This document shows, one piece after another, positions 16,681 through 26,161 of a stretch of 47,960 nt of DNA (position 1 is the stretch's first letter; each line of letters opens with the position of its first letter). This DNA is from Deltaproteobacteria bacterium UBA5754 (lineage in GTDB: Bacteria > Desulfobacterota > Dissulfuribacteria > Dissulfuribacterales > UBA5754). The notes beneath the pieces were generated by a model that made no database searches, was not told where the DNA came from, and saw only the letters and a program-made list of their open reading frames with translations. A program made the translations under genes and the position numbers. The stretch lies in contig DIFG01000087.1 of assembly GCA_002419025.1 (NCBI GenBank), forward strand, positions 1 to 47,960, read 5' to 3'.

Positions 16681-18261
16681 TTATACCTTTTCGAGCGCTT
16701 CTCCGTAAAGCTCCATATACCGGTCGCTCACCACATCCCATGTGTAGTTTTCCCTTATGTTCCGAACAGCATTCACGACCATTTCGGTGAGCCTATCCCT
16801 CTGCCCATCATAAAGAGAGACGGCCCTGCGCACAGCCTCCGCCAAGTCCTCAGGCCGGTTGGATCCATAGCTGAAACCGGTGACCCCATCGACCACCTTG
16901 ACAAGGCCGCCGGTCGCGTGGACGATGGGAAGGTTTCCGTGGAGCTGGGCGATGAAATCGGTAAGCCCGCAAGGCTCGTAACGGGAAGGTATCAGGAAAA
17001 AATCCCCAGCAGCATAGACAAGACGTGCGAGGGAATCGCTGTAGCCTGGGATTAAGGCCATGCGCCCTGCAAGATCAGGATCCCTCGCAAGGGCTGCGAG
17101 ACTGGCCTCCATCTCCTTTTTGCCAGTCCCCATCACAACCGCCTGGAAACGCAGACCTTCGTGAAAAAGGATGGACAGGGCCTCGACGAGGATGTCGATC
17201 CCCTTCTGCTCCGAAAGCCTGCTCACTACTGTCAAAAGGGGATGGCCCAGATCTTCCTCCAAGGTCCCCACAACCGGCACCCCATCGAATACACCGGCCC
17301 GAATGATCTCTCCAAGCCTTCTTCTGCACACGGCCTTGCCGGAGAGATCCCCGGAAGCCGGATCGAATGCGGCTGGCAGTCCCGACTTCTTGGGATTTGA
17401 AGGATCGTATAACCAGGGATCGATTCCATTGGTGATACCTGAGATGGTCACGCCCCGGTCCAGAAGGGCATGACCAAGCCAACCGGTGAGTCTGTCCATG
17501 TCCGTGTGCTGCAGCTCGTAGGCATAGCGTTCGCTCACTGTGTTCACGGGACAGTAAGCGCTCGCAGCAAGGAAGGGATCAAATGAGCCGTTGAGGAGAT
17601 TTCCGTGAATGACCTTTCCGGGAAGACCAGTCACGGAGCGGGCAAAGGAAAGGTCGGTCACGTCCTGATGATAGCCCTGTCCTGCGTTATGGATCGTGAC
17701 GACGGCGCCTGAACGGCGGAAAAAGACCCGCACGCCGTCAAGCTCCCTCATCATGGGGACAAGACAGGCTGCATGTCCGTCATGACAATGAAAGATGTCG
17801 GGAGACCGGCCTTCCCACAGGGAAAGGCCAAGGACTGCCTTTTGCAGTAGAACGTTCATGGCGAAATAGTCGTAATGCCCCTCTCCCTTCCTGTGTGAAG
17901 GATTCGCCTTCTCCTCGCTGTCAGTATAGGTATAGACGTCCATTTTTTCCGAAAAACGGGCAGAGGCGATAAGAATGACCTGTACACCCTCCAGGGTCCT
18001 GGAGAAGAAACCCACCCGCTCCCGCCTTTCCTCATGGACATAGTCCATATCCACATCAAAATCTATGTCGAGTAAAGAAAATCCGGCCGAAGACGGATCG
18101 AGAAAACCGTAACAGGGCATGAGTACACGAACCGTCCTTCCCTTTCTGACAAGGGCCTCGGCCAGATCCCGGCTCACATCCTTTACTCCGCCGGCACCTG
18201 CCAATCCCCGGTACTCACGGGTGACGAACCATATGGATGCAATCTTCCTGGACACGGGCAT
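16681..18261 (-). CDS. glgA: Glycogen/starch synthase (GT5 family)
   Basis: 526 aa. N-terminal motif GLAGAGGVKDV and C-terminal motif PSRYEPCGLTDFIAQLHGNLPIVHATGGL. Confidence 0.8.
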   Translation of the reverse strand: MPVSRKIASIWFVTREYRGLAGAGGVKDVSRDLAEALVRKGRTVRVLMPCYGFLDPSSAGFSLLDIDFDVDMDYVHEERRERVGFFSRTLEGVQVILIASARFSEKMDVYTYTDSEEKANPSHRKGEGHYDYFAMNVLLQKAVLGLSLWEGRSPDIFHCHDGHAACLVPMMRELDGVRVFFRRSGAVVTIHNAGQGYHQDVTDLSFARSVTGLPGKVIHGNLLNGSFDPFLAASAYCPVNTVSERYAYELQHTDMDRLTGWLGHALLDRGVTISGITNGIDPWLYDPSNPKKSGLPAAFDPASGDLSGKAVCRRRLGEIIRAGVFDGVPVVGTLEEDLGHPLLTVVSRLSEQKGIDILVEALSILFHEGLRFQAVVMGTGKKEMEASLAALARDPDLAGRMALIPGYSDSLARLVYAAGDFFLIPSRYEPCGLTDFIAQLHGNLPIVHATGGLVKVVDGVTGFSYGSNRPEDLAEAVRRAVSLYDGQRDRLTEMVVNAVRNIRENYTWDVVSDRYMELYGEALEKV

Positions 18262-18346
18262 CTCCTATTACACGCAAGGGTTAAAGACCTCGGCGCCTAC
18301 ACCATTTTCACAGCAGGCGGTCAAATACTCATTTCGTCAGGGACAT

Positions 18347-19723
18347 CTACGCCCTTTTTCGGTATCGTTCCGGATCGATGCCGTGTTTCTCCATAAGTTT
18401 GTAGAATTCCGGCCGACTGTAGCCCGCGAGCCTTGCTGCAAGACTCACGTTTCCCTTGACCCGGGAAAAGAGGTCCTGAAGATATTTTTTGACAAAAATA
18501 CCTTTGGCCTCCTTGAGTGAAAGGTGCTCTGTCATCGGCATTAAGCGGGCAAGCGGGGTGTTCTCGAGGAGATCCCCGGTGATCGTGGAAGAGACGGCCA
18601 TAGTGGCCATGTATTCCACGATATTTTTGAGCTCACGGACATTTCCCGGCCATTCATACGAATAAAAGGCATCGATGACCTTCTGCTCTATGGAGAGGAC
18701 CTTTTTCCCCATGACCTCAGCAAAGTGGGAAAAGAAATGATAAACGAGCTGTGCCAGGTCCTCTCGGCGATCCCGGAGCGGGGGGAGGTAAATAGGAACG
18801 ACATGAATGCGATAAAAGAGGTCTTCACGAAAACGTTTTTCCGCAACCATGGAACGCAAATCCCGGTTCGTGGCCACGATGAGACGGACATCGACGGCCC
18901 GCTCCCGCATGGCTCCGAGGGGCTTGACCTCTCGGGTCTCGATGACCCTGAGGAGTTTTGCCTGCATGGCCTCGCTCATCTCCCCGATCTCGTCGAGAAA
19001 AAGGGTCCCTTTATGGGCCATGGCGAAGACGCCGTCCTTGGAGGAAACGGCACCGGTGAAGGCTCCTTTCACGTATCCGAAAAACTCCGACTCGATGAGA
19101 TTTTCCGGCAATGCAGCGCAATTGACCGCAATAAAAGGCCCCTTCGAACGCAAGCTGTGCCTGTGAACGGCCCGGGCCACAAGCTCTTTGCCCGTGCCGG
19201 ATTCCCCAAGGACGGTGATCGTCGCATCCGTGGGGGCGACCTGAAGGATCTGTTTGACAACCGCCTTCATGGAGGGGCTCGCTGCGATCATTTCCTCAAA
19301 ATACAAGGACTTCTCGACAAGACGTTCCAGCCGAGCTACCTTTACGAGCAGATTCCGCTTCTCAATGGCGTTTTCGATCTTGACCAAAAGATCCTGTTCA
19401 TCCACGGGTTTTGTGACATAGGCATAGGCCCCGGCCTTTATGGCATCCACCGCATCCCCGATGGTCCCGAAAGCGGTGAAGATAATGGTCTGTACGGTGG
19501 AATCGAGGTCGCGGCATCTTTCCATGAGCTCAACGCCGCGCATACCGTCCATCATCTGATCCGTGAGGAGGACAGGAAAATCCATGTGCCTGCGAAAGAT
19601 CTCAAAGGCATCCCTGGGATCGGAAGACGTGACGACCTCGTATCCGCCGAGTTCGAGACGCATGCGGATTACATCAAGGATATTGGGGTCGTCGTCAACG
19701 AGAAGGATTCGGGTATTGGACAC
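18347..19723 (-). CDS. Sigma-54-dependent response regulator (NtrC family: REC + AAA+ + Fis-type HTH)
   Basis: 458 aa. REC domain begins ILLVDDD. AAA+ motifs GESGTGKELVARAVH and the GAFTGA loop (YVKGAFTGA). C-terminal HTH GNVSLAARLAGYSRPEFYKLMEKHGI. Confidence 0.9.
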   Translation of the reverse strand: MSNTRILLVDDDPNILDVIRMRLELGGYEVVTSSDPRDAFEIFRRHMDFPVLLTDQMMDGMRGVELMERCRDLDSTVQTIIFTAFGTIGDAVDAIKAGAYAYVTKPVDEQDLLVKIENAIEKRNLLVKVARLERLVEKSLYFEEMIAASPSMKAVVKQILQVAPTDATITVLGESGTGKELVARAVHRHSLRSKGPFIAVNCAALPENLIESEFFGYVKGAFTGAVSSKDGVFAMAHKGTLFLDEIGEMSEAMQAKLLRVIETREVKPLGAMRERAVDVRLIVATNRDLRSMVAEKRFREDLFYRIHVVPIYLPPLRDRREDLAQLVYHFFSHFAEVMGKKVLSIEQKVIDAFYSYEWPGNVRELKNIVEYMATMAVSSTITGDLLENTPLARLMPMTEHLSLKEAKGIFVKKYLQDLFSRVKGNVSLAARLAGYSRPEFYKLMEKHGIDPERYRKRA

Positions 19724-19753
19724 GAGAGACGGTTTTCCTGATGACGTTCCGCA

Positions 19754-19771
19754 CCTGGAACGTTTCCCAGG
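19754..19771. promoter_or_regulatory. Imperfect 18-bp palindrome in the divergent RR/HK intergenic region
   Basis: CCTGGAACGTTTCCCAGG has CCTGG/CCAGG arms plus an inner GAAAC/GTTTC-like pairing. It lies 31 nt from the RR start and 39 nt from the HK start. Confidence 0.3.
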
Positions 19772-19809
19772 TATGATCGCACTGAAAAAACCATTTTTAT
19801 TATTATACC

Positions 19810-21336
19810 ATGATTAGACCGTTCAGACACGCGAGCCTTTACCAGAAACTCCTGGCTGGCTACCTCGCCCTCATGGCCCTCATGCTCCTTCCGAGTGCGT
19901 TTTCCCTCTATCTCATTTCAAGAATCGAGAGGGTGGCGGTCAATCTCTCACAAAACGACATCGACATCTCCACGTCCATCGAATCCCTCAAGTCCCTCGT
20001 CCCGACCCTCGAGGCCGAGGCACGAAGAATGATCAGCCTCCAACGGGAAGACGCGCTCCAGGCCCTTTTTTCAGCAGCGCAGGACTTCCGGACCCACCTG
20101 GACCGCGTGAGAGAAAAAGGAAATGTGTCCTTTTCTCCCTTGACCAATGAGGTAGAGACCCTTCTCGCCGATCTCTTCTCGATCGCATCCAGGTCTCACG
20201 GGCTGACAACACAGGACCCCTTCGCCCCAGGAGAACATGTGCCAGGAGACCCCGAGGGGGAGAAGCAGGTCAAAAAGATATCCATGGAGATCATGGCTAC
20301 GATCACCATGATCGAAAAGGCCCATGCCCGAAGGGTATTTGAAGAGGCCGCATCCATCTCACGGCAAAGCGCCCACGCATGGAAACTTGCCTTTTTTTCC
20401 CTCCTCTCCTCTCTCGTCTTCACGCTGATCGCACCCTTATACCTGAGAAAAAACCTGAAAAAACCCATGGATTGCCTGCGAGAAGGCATGAAACGTATAG
20501 GAGCAGGCGACTTTGAGGGCGCCATCCCCGTCACGAGCGATGACGAGATCGGCGAACTTTCCCGCGCGTTCAACGACATGACCGCGAAACTCAAGGAGAT
20601 CGATCTCCTCAAGTCCGAATTTGTGGCCGTAACAAGTCACGAGCTACGCACTCCCCTCACCTCCATGGTGGAGGCAGGCAAACTCCTGGCAGAGCCTGGC
20701 ATAGGCACCCTTAACGACAAACAAAAAAAACTGGTCTCCATCCTGAACGAGAGCCTTCAACGATTTCACTCCCTCGTAGACGCCCTTCTCCATCTTTCAC
20801 GTCTGAAGGCCGGGATGATCCCCCTGGAAAAGAGACCCGTCGGGATCTCATCCCTTTTCAAGGATGCGGCACGATCCATGGATCCCGTGATCCTGTCCAA
20901 GGGAATCACGGTGAGATGTGAAACGTCAAGGGATGACGACAGGGTCCTTGCAGACTACGGGGCCTTGTATCGGGCCATCCTCAATGTCTTGCAGAACGCC
21001 GTCAAATACAGCAACGAAGGAAACACCATCAAAATGGCAGTTGCAGGGGGCATGGGATCAAAGGACGACCAGATAATCCGCGCAGCCGTCGTGGATGAAG
21101 GCCCAGGCATCCCCCCTGAAGACTTGGAGAGGATCTTCGACAAGTTTTATCAGATACAGGGCGCGCGGAAAAAAGACGGCGTCGGCCTGGGACTTGCGAT
21201 CGCCCGGGAGATCATTGCACTACACGGAGGTCGGATCTGGGTGGAGAGCCCCCCTGATGACGAAATCGCGGTGCGTCCGGGTGTGGGCACCGCGTTCTGG
21301 ATCCAACTCCCCGCCGCCGCGGCACAGGAAAAGTGA
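19810..21336 (+). CDS. Sensor histidine kinase (2 TM, extracytoplasmic loop, HAMP, HisKA, HATPase)
   Basis: 508 aa. TM helices at about aa 14-37 and 187-210. HAMP motif DEIGELSRAFNDM, H-box SHELRTPLTS, G-boxes DEGPGIP and GVGLGLAI. Confidence 0.9.
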   Translation: MIRPFRHASLYQKLLAGYLALMALMLLPSAFSLYLISRIERVAVNLSQNDIDISTSIESLKSLVPTLEAEARRMISLQREDALQALFSAAQDFRTHLDRVREKGNVSFSPLTNEVETLLADLFSIASRSHGLTTQDPFAPGEHVPGDPEGEKQVKKISMEIMATITMIEKAHARRVFEEAASISRQSAHAWKLAFFSLLSSLVFTLIAPLYLRKNLKKPMDCLREGMKRIGAGDFEGAIPVTSDDEIGELSRAFNDMTAKLKEIDLLKSEFVAVTSHELRTPLTSMVEAGKLLAEPGIGTLNDKQKKLVSILNESLQRFHSLVDALLHLSRLKAGMIPLEKRPVGISSLFKDAARSMDPVILSKGITVRCETSRDDDRVLADYGALYRAILNVLQNAVKYSNEGNTIKMAVAGGMGSKDDQIIRAAVVDEGPGIPPEDLERIFDKFYQIQGARKKDGVGLGLAIAREIIALHGGRIWVESPPDDEIAVRPGVGTAFWIQLPAAAAQEK

Positions 21337-21353
21337 TAACGAACAAACGGAAT

Positions 21354-21773
21354 TCAGTCGCAACTCAGCCGTTCGTCGACTAGACGGCCGTTCTCAAACG
21401 TCCTGATCTCTACACACCTTCCGGAAGACCCCGTTCCATAGCGCGGTTCGGCCTCGACACGCTGCCATCCCCCGTCGTAAGGTCGTTCGTAATAGATAGG
21501 CCTCCCATACGTCCGGGCCTCGGAAGCAGCCCTTTTCGAGATCTCGGCCATGCTCGAACCGGCGGCAGCTCCGAGCGCCCCGCCGATGACCGCCCCCCTC
21601 CACGGATTTCCCTTGTCGATGAGCGCCCCGGCAGCGGCTCCCACTGCACCGACGCCAACAGCCCCCTCGTAATTGGATTGAGTAGGCGCACAGGCACCGA
21701 GTAGGGTCGCTCCGGTCAGCAAGCACCCACCGACAAGGGCGGAAACGAGACGCCTTCCAGGCTGGGTTGACAT
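21354..21773 (-). CDS. Glycine-zipper lipoprotein (17-kDa-antigen/Slp-like)
   Basis: Start re-set to the ATG at 21773 (MSTQPGRR). Lipobox LLGAC. Gly-zipper GAVGVGAVGAAAGALI...GAVIGGALGAAAG. The track ORF extension to 21992 runs across a repeat element. Confidence 0.7.
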   Translation of the reverse strand: MSTQPGRRLVSALVGGCLLTGATLLGACAPTQSNYEGAVGVGAVGAAAGALIDKGNPWRGAVIGGALGAAAGSSMAEISKRAASEARTYGRPIYYERPYDGGWQRVEAEPRYGTGSSGRCVEIRTFENGRLVDERLSCD

Positions 21774-21797
21774 GTGATTGACCCCTTTTTCAAAAAT

Positions 21798-21948
21798 GAT
21801 CCCGCTGAAAAAAACCGATCTGCTGCGTTGCTTCAATTTTCCAGCCCATGCGGCGTACGTTAAGTACACCTCATTCCTGGAAAATTTCGAGCCTTGCATC
21901 TCGGGCTTTTTGAACAGGATCATATTTTGAGGTTTTTGCAGTACGATC
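21798..21948. repeat. Type-3 MITE-like element, short copy (151 bp)
   Basis: Ends GATCCCGCTGAAAAAAACC (21798-21816) and GGTTTTTGCAGTACGATC (21931-21948) form imperfect inverted repeats. The core TGCTTCAATTTTCCAGCCCATGCGG...TTCCTGGAAAATTTCGAGCCTTGCATCTCGGGCTTTTTGA is ~85-90 % identical by eye to 46918-47055. Confidence 0.75.
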
Positions 21949-22031
21949 AAAAATGATATGCGCAAGATATCAATTTTTATATATTTCGCCAATCACATAC
22001 CGGATGCATTGCGGCATGGCTGATTGCTGCG

Positions 22032-25000
22032 CTATATGGAATCGTCGTCGGGTAAAACCCGAACGGCACATACCTTATACTCCGGCGTCAGGGTCTTGGT
22101 GTCAAGTCCGGGGCTCGTCAGGATGTTCACCGGCGTCTCGCTGAAATGGAAGGTCATAAATACGGAACCGGGCCTGCTTCTCTCTGTAACCCGTGCTGTC
22201 GCGATCACCCTGCCCCTTCTCGACTCCACCGCCACGCTTGAGCCGTCCACGATTCCGAGGTCCGCTGCATCCTCGGGATGGATCTCCACGAATTCCTTGC
22301 CCGCAATCCTGTCAAAGGCCTCACAGCGGCGCGTCATGGATGCGTTGTTGTAATGTTCGAGGCGCCGCCCTGTAACAAGGGTCAGAGGGAAATCCCGATC
22401 CGCATCCTCTTCGGCAAAAACAGGCGAAACCGGCACGAAACGCCCTTTTCCGATGGGAAATCTTTCTGTATGCAGGAGCGCCGTTCCTGGATGATCGGGA
22501 GCCGGACACGGCCAGACCTGGCCGTGTCCCTCGATACGCTCGTACGAGACTCCTGCATAGGGAGGCGTCACTTGGGATAGCTCGGCCATGATCTGGGATG
22601 GATGGGTATAGAACATGGGATATCCCATGGCCTGGGAAATGAGACAAACGATTTCCCAATCCGGCCTTGCGTCCCAGGGAGGGTCGACCGCCTTGTGGAC
22701 ACGCCGGATACGCCTCTCCCCGCTTGTAAAGGTCCCGTCCTTCTCGTAAAAACACGCGGCAGGAAGGACCACATGGGCATACCGGGCCGTTTCGGTGAGA
22801 AAGAGATCCTGGACCACGAGAAAGTCAAGGGCCTTCAATGCGGCCCTGACGTGGGAAACGTTTCCTTGCGTCTGAGCAGGATCATAGCCGACCACATAGA
22901 GACCCCTGAAATTGCCGCGCAGGGCCTCGTCGTACATCTGAGGTTCCATGAGCCCGGGATCGACCGGCAGCTCCGGGACGTTCCAGAGCCTCGCAAAACG
23001 TTTGAGCGCCTTTTCGTCGTCCGTGTGCTGATATCCCGGAAGCGAATAGGGCAATGTGCCCATGTCACACGCGCCCTGGACATTGTTCTGGCCCCGCAGG
23101 GGATTGATCCCGGTGTGGGGCCGCCCAACATGTCCGGTTGCAAGGACGAGATTGGCAAGGGCCATGACACCGGCGGTCCCTCCCTTGTGCTCCGCCACAC
23201 CCAGACCATAAAGGATTAAGGCGGTCCCGGCATTAGCATAGGCGCGGGCGGCATCGCGGATCCTGTCCTCAGGCACCCCTGTGATCTCCTCCACCTGGGA
23301 GAGCTCATAGTCCATGACATGGGTCTTTATGGCATCCACGCCCTCGGTCCTCTCCCGAATGAACTCCTCGTTGGCAAGCCCTTCCTCGAAGATGACGCGA
23401 AGGATCCCGTTCAGAAGCGGGATATTCGTCCCAGGTCTCAGACGAAGCCAGATGCCACCCTCCTGTGCCTCGGCAAGGGAAGAGACCTCGGTTCGTCTCG
23501 GGTCTATGACAACGAGCCTGGTTCCCTTTTCGACCGCCTCCCTGACCTTGAGTCCCACGATGGGATGGGCCTCGGTCGTGTTTGATCCGCAGATAAAGAG
23601 GAGTTCCGTGCCGACAATCTGCGAGAACGGGGTCGTTGCCGCTCCGCTTCCCAGTGTGGCCAGCAGACCGCTGACCGATGGGGCGTGTCAGACCCGGGCA
23701 CAGTTGTCGATGTTGTTGGTCCCAAGTACACCACGGGTGAATTTCTGCAAGAGATAATTCTCCTCGTTAGTACACCGGGACGAGGAGAGGACACCGATGC
23801 GGTTTGACCCATAGGCGTCCCGGATCTGCCGGAATCTGCCTGCGACCAGCCGTATGGCCTCATCCCAACCCACCTCTCGAAACGGCTCGTCAATGCCTTC
23901 CCGCACGAGCGGTTTTTTGAGCCGTTCGGGGTGCCGGTAAAAGGTATGCCCGAACCGGCCCTTTACGCAAAGCGCACCGTAATTGGGAGGACTTGATCCG
24001 TCCGCCTTCACCTCGAGAATGGCCCCGTGCGTCACGACGAGATCGAGACCGCATCCTGTTCCACAATAGGTACAGACGCTTTTTACGATCTCCGCTTCAC
24101 CAGGGAGAAACGGGACGACAACGGCCTTCTTGACAAGGGCCCCGGTCGGACATGCATCCACGCAAGCCCCGCAGGACACACACCTTTCCGTCAATCTGAT
24201 CCGGACTGATGTGATATGCCCGCTTTCACCGTGCTCAAAGTGGAGATCGATGGCGTCGTACCGGCAGCTTCGCTCACAACGGGTACAGGCGATACACTTG
24301 TTCGGATCCACGGAGATGAAAGGATGGCTGTCTTCGATGGGTTGCCGAAGGCGACTCGGTGCCGCTGAGGTATTGACCTTGTACTGGATGGAAAGCTCCC
24401 GGAAGGTACATTTGGAAAGGCCCGTACAGCCGCATTTCAGACACCGGCCTGCCTCGCGTCGAGCCATCTCTTCACTGAAACCCAATTCGACCTCACCGAA
24501 ATCCGTCACGCGCCTTTCCGGCGGCCGAGCCGGCATGACCTCGCTCAGGCGGATGGAAAATCCGTCAAAGTTGTGGAGATCCACCTCCTCGAACCGTTTC
24601 CCCTTGGAGAAATTGAATCGGGGCTCCACCGGCGTCTTCACAGAAAGGAGGAACTCATGAATGGATTCCGCGGCCCTCCTGCCGGATGAAACCGCCTGGA
24701 TGACCGTTCGGGGTCCGCTCGCCACATCCCCTCCGGCATAGATACCCGGCACATTGGTCGCCATGGTGCTAGGACTGGACTTGATCGTGTTCCGGGGCGT
24801 GAGCTGGATGGAGGATTCTATCTTCCCAAAACTCCTGAAGGAGCCGTCCCCCTCCTGGCCTGTCGCATTGATGACGCACTCCCCGCTCCAGTTGAGCCGG
24901 GATCCGGGCATGGGTTCCGGTTGACGAAGGCCCTTTGCATCCGGTTCCCCGAGGATCGTCCGTGCCATCTCCACGCGAATGCGTCCTTCCATACGGTGGA

Positions 25001-26153
25001 TGCGAAGCGGCATGGCCATGAGAAAGAACTGCACGCCTTCCTTCTCGGCCTCGGCGATGTCACGCTGCTGGGCTGAGAGTTCCACCCGGGAGCGGGGATA
25101 GATCACGGTGACATTCGAGGCCCCAAGCCTCCTGGCACTCCGGGCGGTATCCACCGCGATATCACCCCCGCCTACAACGAGGACCTGGTCACCGATCAGG
25201 GGATGCCTGCCCTCATTGACGTCTCTCAGGAACTTGAGACCGTCAATGGCATACTCTCCGCCCTCGATGTCGAGGGCCTTTTGCCGGTGAAGACCCGTGG
25301 CGATGAAGATCGCCTCATACCCCTGGGTTTTGAGGTCATCAAGCGTGAAGTCCTGGCCCCAGCGTTTTCCGGTCTTGACATGCACCCCCATGGAGAGAAT
25401 GGACTGGACCTCACGGTCCACGACCCGGTTCGGCAGCTTGTAACCAGGTATCCAGAACCGAAGCGCCCCGCCGAGGTTGTTCTCGGCCTCGAAGATCGTG
25501 ACATCGTGACCGTATTTACGAAGATAATAGGCGGCGGAGAGCCCGGCTGGCCCGCCTCCGATTATGCCGACCCGCCTACCTGTGGCAGGGGCGCCCACCT
25601 CCTCCGTGAGACCGCGTTCGAGGGCGTAATCAGCCACGAATCTCTTGAGGTGATTGATGGCGATGGGTTCATCAACGAGGATCCGTCTGCAGCGGGTCTC
25701 GCAGAACCGGGGGCAGACCCTGCCCACTGAAAGGGGAAGGGGATTTTTCTCCTTGATGAGACCCAGGGCCGCATGGTATTCCCCCCGGGCCACGAGGTTC
25801 ACGTACCCCTGGACGTTGATCCCGCCAGGGCACGTGAGGTTGCACGGGGCCTTGCAGTCGCCGTAATGGACATCCGCAAGGAGCTGGAGGCGATGCGCAC
25901 GGAATTCCTCCAGCTCCTTCGTGCGCGTCGAGATCTTCATCCCCTCCTCTACGGAGGTAGCACAGGAGCGGTGTCTTCCCTTTCCCTCGACCTCCACCAT
26001 GCACAGAAGACACGGGATCCGCGATTCGGAAACACCCGAAATGTGACAAAGGGTGGGAATATCCAGCCCGGCCGATCGGGCGGCCTCGAGGATGGTCGCC
26101 CCATCCTCCACCGTTATCGTCTGTCCGTCGATCTCGATGGTAACGGTCTTCAT
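22032..26153 (-). CDS. fdhA: Selenocysteine-containing formate dehydrogenase. Single 1373-aa polypeptide: 2Fe-2S domain + GltD-like NAD(P)H/FAD domain + 4Fe-4S domains + MopB catalytic domain.
   Basis: Track ORFs 23688-26153 and 22032-23558 are in the same frame and are separated only by a TGA at 23688-23690. Read-through gives ...NNIDNCARV-U-HAPSVSGLLATLGSGAATTPFSQIVGTELLFICGSNTTEAHPIVGLKV..., which is the FDH Sec/His active-site motif. N-terminal domains carry VGIIGGGPAGLSAAYYL, CIACTRCERSC, CVSCGACVDACP and CTYCGTGC. Confidence 0.9.
23658..23676 (-). promoter_or_regulatory. SECIS-like hairpin downstream of the fdhA UGA
   Basis: mRNA reads UGA-CACGCCCCAUC-GGUCAGC-GGUCU-GCUGGCC. This gives a 7-bp stem and a 5-nt loop GGUCU, starting 11 nt after the UGA. 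Confidence 0.7.
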
Positions 26154-26161
26154 GGCATACC

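Noticed and set aside
16527-16790. 87-aa ORF MASFRRRPESSVSNMFRMPDQVRHDE...
   Set aside because: It lies entirely within the type-1 palindromic repeat and then runs antisense into the glgA 3' end. There is no RBS. It is an artefact of repeat hairpins that lack stop codons.
18725-19741. Long antisense 'shadow' ORFs opposite real genes (this one, plus 1347-2210, 32655-33527, 36164-37114, 40446-41618, 41267-42277, 42906-43778, 29837-30727 and others)
   Set aside because: High GC third-position bias keeps antisense frames open. Their products are Arg/Gly/Pro/His-rich with no motifs, while the opposite strand encodes clearly recognisable enzymes.
19755-19771. Sigma-54 promoter for the histidine kinase (CTGGAACG...)
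   Set aside because: The -24-like TGGAAC is present, but the -12 position reads CCAG and has no GC at the required spacing. It is kept only as a palindrome.
21774-21992. N-terminal extension of the lipoprotein ORF, and similarly 46793-46855 for the flavodiiron ORF
   Set aside because: These are translations of the type-3 repeat element. Signal peptide, lipobox and FDP homology begin at the internal ATGs, which have better RBS context.
21950-22031. Rho-independent terminator after fdhA at the end of the Wood-Ljungdahl block
   Set aside because: Only weak, large-loop pairings (CAATCA...TGATTG) followed by mixed A/U sequence are present. There is no convincing stem plus U-tract. The end of the transcript may instead be set by the adjacent type-3 repeat.
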